In this document: positions 28,401 to 43,400 of the stretch, piece after piece
Layout of the letters: each line of letters begins with the position of its first letter
How positions within the stretch are numbered: position 1 is the stretch's first letter
From: Adineta vaga
Taxonomy: Eukaryota; Animalia; Rotifera
NCBI GenBank assembly: GCA_021613535.1
Contig: CP075496.1
Coordinates: 3,534,001 to 3,598,000, forward strand
Length of the DNA: 64,000 bases
Direction of reading: 5' to 3'
The notes under the pieces: generated by a model
Seen by the model: only the letters and a program-made list of their open reading frames with translations
The model's database searches: none
What the model was told of the DNA's origin: nothing
Made by a program: the position numbers and the translations under genes

Positions 28401-31400
28401 GTCGTGGTGGCAGTATTGAAGGATCAGGACATGGTGGACGTCGTGTATGTTGCTTTATTCTGAGATTTTATTTTCTATTCAATCAATGTTTTGTTTTTAT
28501 TTTCTAGTTAGATGAAGGTTTTGAAAGTGATGAAGAATATGAACGTCGTCGTTATGGAAGATCTAGTAAGTTTGAAAACTAGAACATGAAAGAAAGAGTT
28601 TTCTTTAGACTAATTCATACGGGTATTTCTATATATTTATTTTCTTTCGTAACAACTAAAGATTTTGTCGTTGATAATGGAAATCGTTCTCGAACAATAA
28701 TAAAAACTATCACATATGAAGAACCAACAGAAGAAGAATTAGGAGAACAAACAAACGAGAAAGTTTCTTCTCAACCGAATCAAATTTTACAATTTAAACA
28801 ATTAGAACCACTTAAAATGGTTAAAAGAGATATTTCGAGAGAACACATTCCTTCATCATCATCAACATCAAGTGCAGATACAATTATAAATGCACGAATT
28901 TTTGACAGAAAACTAGGTTCATAAAAATCGATATTGTCTTTGATGTTGTTTCGTAAAAACGAAAACTAATTTAACTATTGTCTATTGTTTTGTCAATGTT
29001 GTTTGTATGTATTTTTTCAAGGTGAACGTGATGCTCCTCTACATTTTGTTGATTCAAGTAAAGCACCAACGCCTGCATCACGTTATGGTGGTTATTATTC
29101 CATCTATCAACCATTTAGTAAATCAGGTTCAATGACACCATTGAGTTGTTATGCACATCCATTCGAATTAACTCATCTTGAAAGTTTAAGAGACAAATTA
29201 AATCGTTTAACACGTGATAAAGGTTCTTTTCGTTTGATGTGCTTTTTTTCTATTATTAAGCATGCAATATCGATCGATTTGCTGTGATTTTTTTATATTC
29301 AATTAATTATTAACACGATATATCTCATAACTTTATTTTTATCTTTAGCTGATCATGATGATTCGACAACAAAACGACGAAGTGCAGATATTGGTGAAGG
29401 ACGAATCACGCCATTAACAACGGGTAAGATTCTTTTCTCTATTCATATAACTATTCATATTAGAATCATTTACTTATCAGTATGTCTCAAGAGAAACAAA
29501 AAAATAAGAAGAAAGACGCTTTTTTTTCTTTCATTAACAAACATTCAATTATAAGAATAAAGGAAAGGAAACTGCGAGTTGTGCTATCTGAATTAATGAA
29601 TAATCAATCGAAGAAGAGAAGAAATAGTACACGAAAAAAAAAATACAAACAATTTTCTATTGATAGATAAAATCAAATAAAAGATAATAATCGTAATAAT
29701 ATTTTCTTTGATAAGGAAACTGCTAATAGATTATTTATAATATTAATTTGAGGGTGGAGTAAATCCTACTATGAACGATTCAAACGTAACTTTTTTTGTG
29801 AAGAAAATTCGAGATTCTGTTGCTTGAGAAAAAGAAAGAATCCGTTTCAATGAGTAGAAGTGTGTGAATGAAGAAGATTTATAATTCTTTCGGTTCAGCA
29901 ACTCTATTGAGTCTAAAAATAATTAATATCAGAGATTGTTTTTCTTGATTAATTTTACTATTATTTAATATTGCTAATTTCTCGGTTCTTTTCTTTTCTT
30001 TTCTTTCTAAAGATTATTACAAGAAAAAAGCATCCGTACCAAAACAAGATGATTTTAGTATTGTTCATATCGCTAAAGAAACAACACCAGGCGCAGTAGA
30101 TTATGATGTATTATCAAAACCGTATATTCCACCTATTATGGATACAATTGTTCAAGAAACTTACGTTTCTCCAGCTAAATTAGATGTAAATCAATTCAAT
30201 GAAGATTTATCACAAACACAACATATAACAACAGCAACTGAACAGTTAGCTGAACAAACAGCTCAACTACTTGATGATATTCGTAAGTACTGGCCTAACA
30301 TTTTTCTAAGTCTATTTATATTTTTTTTAAAACACTAATAATTTTTTTCCAGCACCTACACGTGCTGTTTCATCTCAGGCAGCACCTGCTGTAGGTGAAC
30401 GCTTAATAAAATCGAAAATAATACCCGATCAAGCACGTGCATTAGCACATGCATTAAAACATGCTGTTGTTAAACCGTTGAAAAAATCGATGATGACAAA
30501 AAAGAAATCTGTTGATATTAGTTCGTATGAACCTCAAATAACACAGCCAATATCGACTCGACCAACAAGTGTCAATGAAATTTCCGAACCATTGCTAAGT
30601 GAAACACCTATTGATTCAGTTGAATCAACTACTCCTCTTCCATTAACACCACCACCAGCTAAACCACCTCGTCATGGCGATGAGTCAGGTTCATCTTCAT
30701 CTACTGAGATTAGTTCACCACCTGCGAAACCACCGCGACATTTTCCATCATATAGTAGTAGTAGTAATAATTCTAATAATAATACTGATCCCACGCTCAT
30801 TCAACAAACTGATAATGTCGTTAAAAAAGTTCTAAATCTTGTCGATACATTTGGTATCATATCGGAAAATGATACTGATATGAATATTCTTCGACAAACA
30901 TCACCTCCACCAATCTATGTTCAACAACCGTCATATACTAGTGAGCTCGCTGATGAAAATCTCGCTATAAATCAAACTGCTGAAATATTTACTGTTGATC
31001 CAGCACGAGTAACTTTAAATACTGAAACACCATTGATATCAAAATCTCTTGATGAACCTTTAACTATCATCTCATCAGCGCCATTAAAATCTACTCCTAT
31101 TCCTACTGAACATTCATCTACTAACATGACTGAACCTATATCATTGGAACAGAATTCGACGCCGAATGAAATTACTCGATTAGCAACACTTTTAACTGAC
31201 AATATTTTTCAACAAGTTGAAAAAGAATTTGAAAAACATGATCTATCAACCAAAAATCTATATACGAATCAACAAGATTTACCCGTTACATATTCAATAC
31301 AAACATCATCAACAGATAATACATCTCGCGATATTTTACAAACATTACCTGATATTAAAACAACATCACGTCCTCTCGCACGCGTTTCAATTGACTCAGG

Positions 31401-34400
31401 ATCGAATACAACAAAAACAGCTTCGCCGTTACTTGATATTGTTACAACAAAAACAACTCCAAGAATAACAACATCAGTTACTGTTATTAGTCCACCACAA
31501 CCCGAAGTAACATCTACAACAACAAATATCAATTCCGATGAAGAAGATATATCAACAAGTACTTCAACATTAATGCCAAATAGTATCACCTCTGATCGTT
31601 CGAAAGCTTTACTAAGTAGTAGTAAAGAAAGTAGTGTTGATTCAAATGATACGAATCCATACGATACATCAATCCCACAACAATTAAATACAGGTAGTGC
31701 AACACCCGCACGTTCACTCCTATCTGATTATGACAATTTACATGGTTCATATGGAAGTCTAAATGATGATACTCAACATCCATTCCCTGCTGTACTTCCA
31801 GCATCCTTAACAACATCAGAAACAGCTACATCTATTGCACCAACGAATGCATCATCAATATCAACTATATACGAAACGGCAGATTCGTCACAAGCATCAT
31901 CCACGCCAACATATGTAACAGCTAAGAATAGCAATACTAATGTAACCTCAAGTAATTCAACATTATCGGCAACACGTATAAATTCAGATATAAGTGATGA
32001 AGATCTTGTTGAAACATATGACGTTGAAACACCAGTATTAGCATCAAACAATCCATTTGGATCATCTCAAGGTAGAATCACATCAGATTGTATTTCATGC
32101 AAATACACAAGCACGAAACGATTGAATTCTTTGTCCTGGCATGTCTTGAACACCTTCCTTTTTTTTGGATCGGCGCATGTATATTGAATTGTTCTCATAA
32201 TCATATTCTTTTCCTCTTTCTCTCTCGCTCTCTCGCTCTCTGTCTACATCTATGTTAATCATGGAAAAAGCACATTTCTTTGTACCGATATAATATACTA
32301 TCAAGGTTTTTCCCCAGGATAAATTAATGCAAAATTCATCCAGCTAATAGATGTAATGTATTAATTTTACATCTCGTTTTTAAGGCTATAAATGTAATCT
32401 TCATTATCAATGTTTCGGTACACAGCATGTTTAATAACAAAAAAGTGTGCGCATGAAGATGATTTGATATAAATTTTTATCGATTATAAGTACAACAATC
32501 AATATTTAATAATGTCTACTTTTTATTTAGATAATCTGGAGACCAGTATCGGTACTAGTGAACAACCAGCAACTACTTCAAATAAAGAAGGTAAGATATT
32601 AGCTAAATAGATTTGTTTTGAAATACCACTGATCCTGCTGCTACTACTACTACTACTCAGTAAACTAGTGCTCATAGTTAAAATCTGCATGTTATATTCT
32701 AAAACTTAATTGTCTAATTGACATAATTATTCTAGTTCAAAATTAATCGAGAAATCCATAATGTAAGCAATCAGATTTGAAAACAAAAACGCATGAATTT
32801 TGAGAATGAAAATTATGATTATAATATAGCATAACAAAACGCTAGCATGTAGCTATGAAAAATTTCTTTGGTCTTCTTTGTGAGAAACTAAATGCATGGA
32901 TTTGATTTTCTTCATTGATTTATTTCTGCATTTTCAATAAATATTGGATAATGAAAGACATGAATGTATGATGCGGTTTTGCATGGTTCGCTTAATCTCA
33001 TCTTTTTTCTTTATTCTTTCATAGTTCTCACTTCCATTCTTTGAGAATATATATTCAACAGTAGATTTTCTTCTCTTCTCTCATCGTTCAATCACATTCA
33101 AGTCGAACAACATCGATATATTTCAATTAATACTTCTTCTCCTACGAATTTTCAATTTATTCTATATGATGTTACGATAAGAGAAATTCTCTCATTGATC
33201 TCTTATTTCATAATGTCACAAACCGTATCATACATTTTTTGTCCATTGTCTATCAAATCTCATTTTTATTTCTAAAAATAGATGCAATTCTGCGTACATT
33301 GGGCAGATTTTTTTCTTCTATATTACAGCTTTTGTTCTCGTTCTTTTTCCAAGCAAATTCATCAAAGAGAATAAGCAGCAGAATCAAAAGGAATAAAGTC
33401 ACTATTAAGCTACTACATCTCTCGATTTTCCTTGTTTTCTCTTGTTTACAGCTATTCTTACCGGCAAAGGAGAAGAAGCGCCATCATCATCATCATCATC
33501 ATCAAAAGCATCGTCATTATTAATCTCTTCTCCTTCTACTATTGTTCCTTCTCTTTCTCCTACTTCTTCTTCATCTCATATGAACACTAAGATAGAGTCT
33601 AATCTTTCGTCATCAATATCAAACAAAACATCGACAATGCCGTTTCAACAATTAAATCAAACTCCATTTACAATATCAACTACAAATGAAGAGAAAATGA
33701 CACCAATCAGATCATCTAAAATTGATACGATTCCACAATCACCAATTCATCAACGACGCTTACCATTACCTACTAAATTAACATTTGAACAAAACATTAC
33801 TAATCTTCTCGAAAAAGAATCTCCATTATTACAATCAGAATTATTAACAGCCGAACATGAATTATCTGTATTACGTTCACGTTTAGCTGTTAATGAAGGT
33901 GTCACAGCTGTAACTGGTTCAATACTTGAATCACTTAAAGGACACTTTGAACCACATCATAAAGTTGATATTGCTACTTCACCACTTGATATTTATAAAC
34001 ATAGTTTATTTCATCAATCATTAGCTAGTCAAACATCACCAATGATCGAATCATTTCCTGAAATACCTGAATCCGTTGAAATACATTATGATGCTCAAGC
34101 ACCCAAAAATCCATATTTACTTGTTAAAACAAAAAATTCATTTTGGATTGCTCAACCAATTCCAATATCTGAAGCAGAAACACGTTTACAAAAATTTTCA
34201 TCACCTATTATGAAACGTGCAACAGTGAAATTACCAAAATCATTTGATCAAACATTTTTAACCGATAGTGAAACTGAAGAGGAACCTATTCCAGTAGAAG
34301 AACCAAACAAACGACAATCAGTTGTCGAAGAAAAACCATTGACGATAGCAAATGTTCAACGTTTAGCTGAAAAACAAATTCATAAATTGAAAGAAAGTGA

Positions 34401-37400
34401 AAATAGCTGGTCAATGGAAGTTTTACCACCATCAAACGTTGAAGAAGTACCTAGTCCAACGACTGAAAAACCTCTTCGTCAAGATTCATCCGTTACTTTC
34501 GAAGAAAATCTTTCTTCACCATCAATAAAATCAACGTCAAAATATGTGGATGAGAATGTTAAAACTCAAATCTCACCAGAAGATGAACGTTCACTTCCGG
34601 ATGTCAAAGAACATATATCCGAAATGAAAGCCATTCGTTCTTCATCTCTTCTTCAAACTGAAGATCAAATTGAACAATTCGATGATAAAATCGATGAATT
34701 ATATTCGATTATTGACTATTTGAAACATAACCAATTAACAGCAACAAATTTTAAAAATATTCACACAAAAATTGATGATTTAAAAACAATTATGTCTGAT
34801 ATTCAATTAAATAAAACTGATGAATTACGTATTGAATATGAATTAGATGAATTAGAAAATTTATTTCAAACAATGAATGACAATTTAATAAATAATATTC
34901 ATCAAGAAGATTATAGTTTAATTGAATTATTCGAACAAAATGTAAATGAATTACGTCGAATTATCAATGATATTAAATCAAATAAAATTGAAGAATCATT
35001 ATCAAATATTAAGGATCTTCCCGAACATGAATCAACACAATTAACAGAAAATGATTGGACACCAGAACAAATGGCTGAATATTTTCATCGTGGACCTGAT
35101 GGTCGATTATTATCACCACGGCAATCACATCTTATCCCTGAAGATCCAGTCATTACGCGTGAAGTCTTTTTTGAAGGTGATAAACAACATCGAGAAAAGA
35201 AACCTTCAATCACACATGTTACTCATCTAATTCCAGAAGAAGCTCGTATTAGTGCAGAAAGTTTTTATGAAGGTGATATTCATCGTTCATTGTATCACAA
35301 GGAAAAAGACAAAGATACTGTTATACATGAAAAACCACTCATACCTGAAAGTCCTCTTGTGTCAAGCGACGTATTCTACGAAGGTGATGCACAACGCTCG
35401 ATGTTCTCTGAACGTTCATCATTAATTCATACTGAACCAACAATAGCAACAACGTTATCATCATCATCGTCATCATCACCACCGCCACCACCCTCGATTG
35501 ATAATCTTAGAGAAATCATGAGTGATTTGATGTTGGCAGCTTCATGGTCGAAAAAACCAACAAAAATCGAAGAACAACCAACAGTCGACGATGAAGAAGT
35601 TGTAGCTGAATCATTCATTACTACTGAACAACATTATCCAACTGCATCCTTATGTGAAATTGTTCATGAAATTGAGAATTTTCCTCTCGCTTCATCAAAA
35701 CGTTTATCTCATCCAGCAATTCAAATTGATGAACGTGATACAATCTCACCATTTAGTTCTGAAACACCCATTATTATACATCGAACGATTTTAACTCGAC
35801 AAGAAACAGATCGATGGCCACAAGAAGAATCACAAATAATTGAAGAATCAACAGAAGAATTAGAAAAGATTGAACATGAAGTTCGATCACATGCTGATGA
35901 TTGGACGAATTCATCAAATCAAAGAAAAGAAGTCTATGGAGAACATTATCGACCTGAAAGAAAGTTTAGTCAAGAATCTCCAACTGAAGAAATTCAATCA
36001 AAATATGATACTGAACAATTCGAGGATCAAACAACAAGAAATATATTGCACGATACAGAAGAACGAGATGAAAATGAACAATCACATATCGAACGAACTT
36101 GGAGTACAGAAAAGATTCTCGAACCGTCATCAACAATTGAATCTGAACATGAATCACTCATTACTTCACCTTATGAAGTTCATGAAAAATTAATTTCAAA
36201 CGATGATATTATCACTACAGATAAAGATCAACAATCGGATAAATTTTATATTCAGTCACCGCAAACGATTGCATATGAACAATCTTCAACGCCAAAACAA
36301 TCCTTGATTGAAACTCAACAAGGAAGTCATGAAGAAGATTCAGATGCAGAAGATCATTTTAAACTTGAAACGCAATTTAGCGATGAAAAACTTATTATCG
36401 AATCTTCGCCATCTCGAGAAGAGGAAGATCGAGAATCTCATCAGATGAACAGACTAACTGAAGAAAAAGTCGAAGAAGACGAACAAATTCTTGAAGAAAT
36501 AACTGAAGGAGCAGATGCACACAAACTACAAACAAAACTAAACACTGAAAAGATCGATTATGAATCTCCTCAACTAAGTGAACATGAAGATGAAGCAGAT
36601 AAATTGGATCAATCAATAGAATCTAAGAAATCTCTTATTGAAGATGAACATGAATTTCAACCTACATCAAGTACTGAAAATATTAAGTTACAATCACATT
36701 ATGAAAGTGATCATGAAGAAGAAGCGAAAGAACTGTACGAATCGAAACGAAAACATATTACTGATGAAATCATTCGAGAGACTTCTCCAAATATCGAACA
36801 AAAACAATTTCAACATCCTGCATTAGTACAACAAAACGTTCAAGAAGAAACATCAGATGAAGAAATGCATCGTGAAACCGAATCCAACATTCAGACACAT
36901 GAAGCATCAAGTTATAAATCAGAGAAGCAATTTAGTCCCGTACAAACAGTAGCTAAATCTTCATTCATTTCCGACGAAGACGACCAATCTGAACCTTTTC
37001 TAAATGATAAAGAAACTGTGATTATACCTGGTGAAGTATCGGAACAAGAAACACGTGATAAAGTAGATGATTACAAACTTGAACAAAGAAGAAGCTCTGA
37101 AAGACCAAAAACTGAATCTCCTCAACCCCGTGAACACGACGATGAAACACATCAATTTCAATATACTACGAAGTCTAAACAAATTCTGTTTGATGAAAAA
37201 TCTGAAACTGAAGAAAAGCCAAGTTCTAGGAGTATTAGTAACATCTCGTCGCAGCATAGTGAACATGAGGACAAACAAGAAGACGATCATCATCTTGAAC
37301 GACAACGTAGCGTCGAAGAAACTGCTTTAGAATCATCTCAGAGTATTGAACGAACCTCACATGAAGACACACGACGATCCAGCATTGATGAAGCTCCAAT

Positions 37401-40400
37401 TACACCTCATGAAGAAGTACGTGAACTTAGCTTCGAAAAGCATAGAACTGAATCATTACAACACAGTGAAGATGAAGATGAACATCATCTTGAACGACAA
37501 CGTAGCGTCGAAGAAACTGCTTTAGAATCATCTCAGAGTATTGAACGAACCTCACATGAAGACACACGACGATCCAGCATTGATGAAGCTCCAATTACAT
37601 CTCATGAAGAAGTACGTGAACTTAGCTTCGAAAAGCATAGAACTGAATCATTACAACACAGTGAAGATGAAGATGAACATCATGTTGAACGACAACGTAG
37701 CGTGGAAGAAACTGTTTTAGAATCATCTCAGAGTATTGAACGAACCTCACATGAAGACACACGACGATCCAGCATTGAGAAGTTCCGATTACACCCTCAT
37801 GAAGAAGTACGCAAATCCAGCTTTGAAAAGCAGAGCACCGAATCTCTACAGCACAGTGAACATGAAGACGAACAAGAAGAAGATCATCATCTAGAACGAC
37901 AACATAGTTCTGAAGAACTATCAACTACATCTCAGAAAATGGTGGAAACTGAAGAATATGATTTAATGAGAAAAGGAATTTCTGAGGAGCTTCGTTCTGA
38001 CATTACTCAATTTAGTAAGCACACACAAGACGAAGATGTTAGTCCACACCAAGATGAAGTACTTGTTAGAGATCAGCAAAAATCACCTGAACACGAAGAA
38101 CATCAACTCGAACGACAACGTAGCATCTGAAACCAATGTTGAACAATCATCCCTTATCAAACATGAAGAAAAAGATGATGAACATAAACTGATAGGAACA
38201 GTTGGTTTCGAAAGATCTCGTTCTCTGTCTCCACAATTAAGTGAACACGAGGAAAAAGAAGAAGAAGGACATACAATTCATCATGGTGACCAGATTGTCG
38301 TTGAAGCTCAACATGAGTCAGACAAAGATGAAGACGAAAATAAAGATTATCATCTTGAACCACAACATAGCACTGAAGAACCAACTATTACACTTCACCA
38401 AGTGATAGAAACAGAAGAACATGATTTGACAACTACTCAATTTAGTGAACAAAGAGAAGGAGAAGAAGATGTTCCTCCCAACTATGCTGAAATTTCGGTC
38501 AGAGCTCAAGATCGGTCACGAGAAGATGAAAAAGACGATCATTACCTACAACAACAACATATCATCGATGAAACTAATGCTGAACCATTTTTCAATGTCA
38601 CACATGAAGAAGACAAAGATGATTATGAACTGATAGGAACAACTGGTGTCGAAAGATCTCGTTCTACATCTCCACGACCAAGTGAACATGAAGAAGAAGA
38701 GACTATTCATCATGGTGACCAGATTGTGGTTAAAACTCAACATGAGTCAGACAAAGATGAAGATGACAATGAAGATCGTCATCTTGAACGACAACATAGC
38801 ACCGAAGAAACTATTTTAGAATTATCTCAGAATATTGTACGTCCATCAAATGAAGACGAAAGACGATTCAGTACTGACGAAGTTCCAACTACACCTCATG
38901 AAGAAGTACGCATATCCAGCTTCGAAAAACACATCACTGCATCCTCACAACACAGTGAACATGAAAAGGAACAGGACGAAGGTCATCACCTTCAACAACA
39001 TCAACAACCCACCATCGATGAAACTAATGCTGAACCATTTTTCAACGTCACACATGAAGAAGACAAAGATGATTATGAACTGATAGGAACAACTGGTGTC
39101 GAAAGATCTCGTTCTGAATCTCCACGATCAAGTAAACATGAAGATGAAGAAGAAGAGACTATTCATCATGGTGACCAGATTGTGGTTAAAACTCAACATG
39201 AGTCAGACAAAGATGAAGATGACAATGAAGAACATCATCTTGAACGACAGAGTAGCTTCGAGGAAACAACTGCTCAATCTTCTCAAAATATTCCACATGA
39301 AGACGATAAGCAAGAAGAACAAATGCACATTGAAGAAACGTTGGCCACACGTCGAGAAGACGTAGAAGCTGAAGAAGAACCCCACACTGAATCACCTCAA
39401 TTCAGTGAACATGAAAGTGAAAATGAAGCAACACATCATTCTATTGAAAAAACAACCGAATCTCAATCTACAATTGATCAAACACAACATCGACGAAGCA
39501 CAGAAATAGGAGAGCTTCAATCTTTTCCAACAATCGAACAGGAAGAGTTTCGACAAGTAAGATTTCCCAGTGATAAAGAATCTGTGATCAGTCCACAAGA
39601 AGAAAATCTACCACAAAAAGATGAATATAAATTAGACAAAAGATTCAGTGTTGAACATATTGATGTGGAATCGCCTCAATTTAATGAACATGAAGATGAA
39701 CAAGATCAATTAGAAAAATCATTCAGTCCAAAACAAACATTTACTGAAGAAAAACATGTACTCGAACAACCATCAAACTTTGAAACTGTCCATACCGAAC
39801 CACATCAATTGAGTGAAGATGAAAGACAAACAAAACTAGCAGATAATGATCATGATGAATATAAATATGAAACTACAACAGAATCTTCGCGTACAATTGA
39901 ACCAAATCAATATGATTTTCGAGAACAATTGACTAACAATGAAATTCGTGCTGAATCACCATCAACACTTACAGATGAAGAAGATCAAACTGAGCACAAA
40001 TTAAGTACCGAAAAATCTCATCATGAAAGTGAACATGAACAAGAAGAAGAAGAAGAAGAAGAGCAGTATAGACCTGAAAGAAAATCTAGTTTGGATCAAG
40101 TAAGTCTTCAATCATCACCAAAAGTCGAACAACAGAAAGATTTTTATGAACGATATCCAAGTACTCATAGTACTACAGACGAAAAGTCTGAAAACGAAGG
40201 TGATATTCATTTGGAACGAAAATTAAGTTCTGGAAAAATTAGTACCAAGTCTCCTCGTGTAAGTGAACGCGATCAAGATGAAGTAGAAGATCAATATCAG
40301 CAACAGTTTAGTGCAGATGAATCGTCATTGAACAGTTCACAAAAAATTGTCGAAGAACAGATAGTTGCTCCTGATGACGATGATGATGTTATCATGGAAA

Positions 40401-43400
40401 TATCGCATGATAGCCGTCAAAATCAATATAAAAATGAAGAAATCATTCAAACTGCTGCATTGATCCGAGTAGATTCACAAAAATCTGAAGATGAACATGA
40501 ACAAGAAGCTCCACGAAAATTCAGCGAAGGTCAAGTTATCATGAAATTGATTCCAGCATCGGACACGGAAGATGAAAGCCAATTGAGTACTGAACAGGTT
40601 TCCACTGAAACTTATCCAGTAACTCAAGAATATGAAAATCAACAACATACAGCACATCATGATAAAACTTCGGTTGAAACACCTCATATGATCGAAGACG
40701 ATATCACTGATCAAAAAGATAACAAAACAAGTAATGTTAAATTTATTGTTGCATCTGCTCCATCATCATTCGAAGAGGACCGAGATTCACAAGAATTTAA
40801 CACCGAATCATCTTCTAAACTAACTGAAGAAACAGAAGAAAAACATCAACAACAACAACAACATCGAGCAGATAGTTCTGAACAGACACATTTCGACCAA
40901 CCAGGTACATCACAACGTAAATCTACCAGTGAATCATCCGATGATCATGATGATAATGAAGATAAACCTGACAATAAAGTAGCAGTACATGAAACTGAAC
41001 AATCACAGAAGTTTTCTACTGTACACAGTCAATCAGATGAAGACGAGCAATATCCATCTGATCGTAAACAAAGTACTGAAGAAGTCATCGTGAAATCTTC
41101 TCCAGTAAGTGAAACTATTCAACATGAACAATCACCTATAAGTCAACAATCATCTGTCATCTCTCATGATGAAATTGAAGAACATGAATCTAGAACTGAA
41201 AATGATTATAAACCTTCACATAATTTGACCTTGGAAAATATCGACAGAAAATCTCCTTTAACAGCTGAACATGAAGAAGATCAATATCCAGATGAATTTA
41301 TTATTGAACAAACTCACGAAACTGATGAAGATGAAGAAGATCAACATCACAAACGATTCGCAACATCTGATCAACAAAGTGAAGAAATCAAAGACGAACA
41401 AAAATCGATTGCAGATCAATCATTTACTCATTCATCACATGAAAGTGAACATGAAGAGGATGATAAACATCGAGGAGAAATTATTAGTACATCTCATTTA
41501 TCAGACGAAGACGAACATTACCAACCTGAACATAAACACAGTTCAGATCATATTGTACCAGAAATATCTCCTACAATTGAATCAAAACACTTTGAATCAT
41601 CGACAGCGTTTCAACGATTACCATCTACATCTCATGAAGAATCAGATCAACTTATTGTTGAACAAACAGAAATAATAGCAAAAGATGAAAAAGATCAATA
41701 TGAACATCCAGTTGAACATGAACCTGTACGACGATTAAGTGATGATAAAACAACTACAAAATCAGATATCGAAAGTGAACCTGAAGAAGAACCAAAACAT
41801 TATGATGAAATTGATCGAAAATCCGATACCGAAAAAATGACTACTCAAACATCACAGTTAAGTGACAAAGAAGACAATGAACAACAAGAACAAGATATTC
41901 TTGCTCATTCACAAGAAATTGAAGAACAAAAAGAAACAACCGATCATAGCATTACCGAATCTCTGGACCATACACAAGAAAGTACTGATTTTCAAAGATT
42001 AGTAAGTGCAGGACACGTTGCTCTGTCTTTTCCTCGACAACTTGCTGAAAATCAAGACGAACGTCGTTCAAGCATTGAAGAAAAATCTACTATTCCATTC
42101 CTGACGAAAATGAATCAGAAGAACATAATCTGGCTGAAACTCATTCTCCTAAAAATTTCGAACGAGAAATTAGTGATGATAATTTTGTCAATCTACAATC
42201 AGCATCCTTTAATCAAGACGAAGATGATCAAGTAAAACGGCCAGAACCATGGACAGAATCACCATTTCAACGTGAAGAAATCTATGGTGACAAATATCGA
42301 CCAGCTAAATATACTCATGAATCACCAGATACAGAACCTCAATCTTCAATAATCTCACATATACAACATTCAAGTATTATATCTCGTACAATTCCGTCAT
42401 ATCAAGATGAAGAAGAATTAGAGCATGAAGAATTTCGTCCGACACATCTTGATATTTCAATTGGTGACGAAAATGAAAAGAACTTATGCACAACGTCAAC
42501 ACCTGAAACTGAACATATTCTTTCAGAATCTAATCAAGACAATCAATATGAAAAAGTTCTTGAACAAACATCGAATGAGTTTGTTAATCGAATTCTAGAC
42601 GAAGCTATTAATGAAACTATTGAACAAGATAAAAATTATACTATATATCAAACAGCAACCGGTATTGTCAATAATGTATTCGATAATGTCTATACAAAAT
42701 TTGATGATGAAGTACTTTCTTCACAACGTGACGAAGCAACTAGTGCCGATGTATCTATTAGTGATTTAACTGATTGGTCATCTTTAGTAAAGAATGTTCC
42801 AGATGTTATAACAGAAGAAACATCAACTAGAATTACAAGTAGTGAAAGTGATCGAATTGAAGTAAAAGAGCAAGAACATTCAACATCCGATGACGAAGAA
42901 AATGAAAAATTAGTTAAAAATATTACTGACGAACTATACTTATCTGTTGCAGATGCTGAAACAACCAAATCTACAAATGAACTCGCCGATCTCGTTCAAG
43001 ATTTACATCGATTTGAACAAGAAATCAATGATAATATCGATATTATTCGTTCTTCCTCACCTTCAGAATCATCGTCAATGTCGGATAATGATGAAATTCA
43101 TCATTATGATATAACTGTTCCATCGATACCCGAACCGCAATCTACCGAAGAAAAACTTCACTTACCAATCTCATCTAAATCTTCGAATGAAACTGATGAT
43201 CATGTTAGTGATTTGAAAGATACTAATGTAGAAAAACTCGAATCAACAAATATCGATTCACTATCACGTGATATTCTTCAATATCGTCGTGATTCACAAT
43301 CCAATCAATCAGAAAATCATTCACATGAAATAGAACGTCGACCATCAAGTCCACCCACATCACCACTACTCAAAGAACAATTTGTTCAAGTTACATGTTC

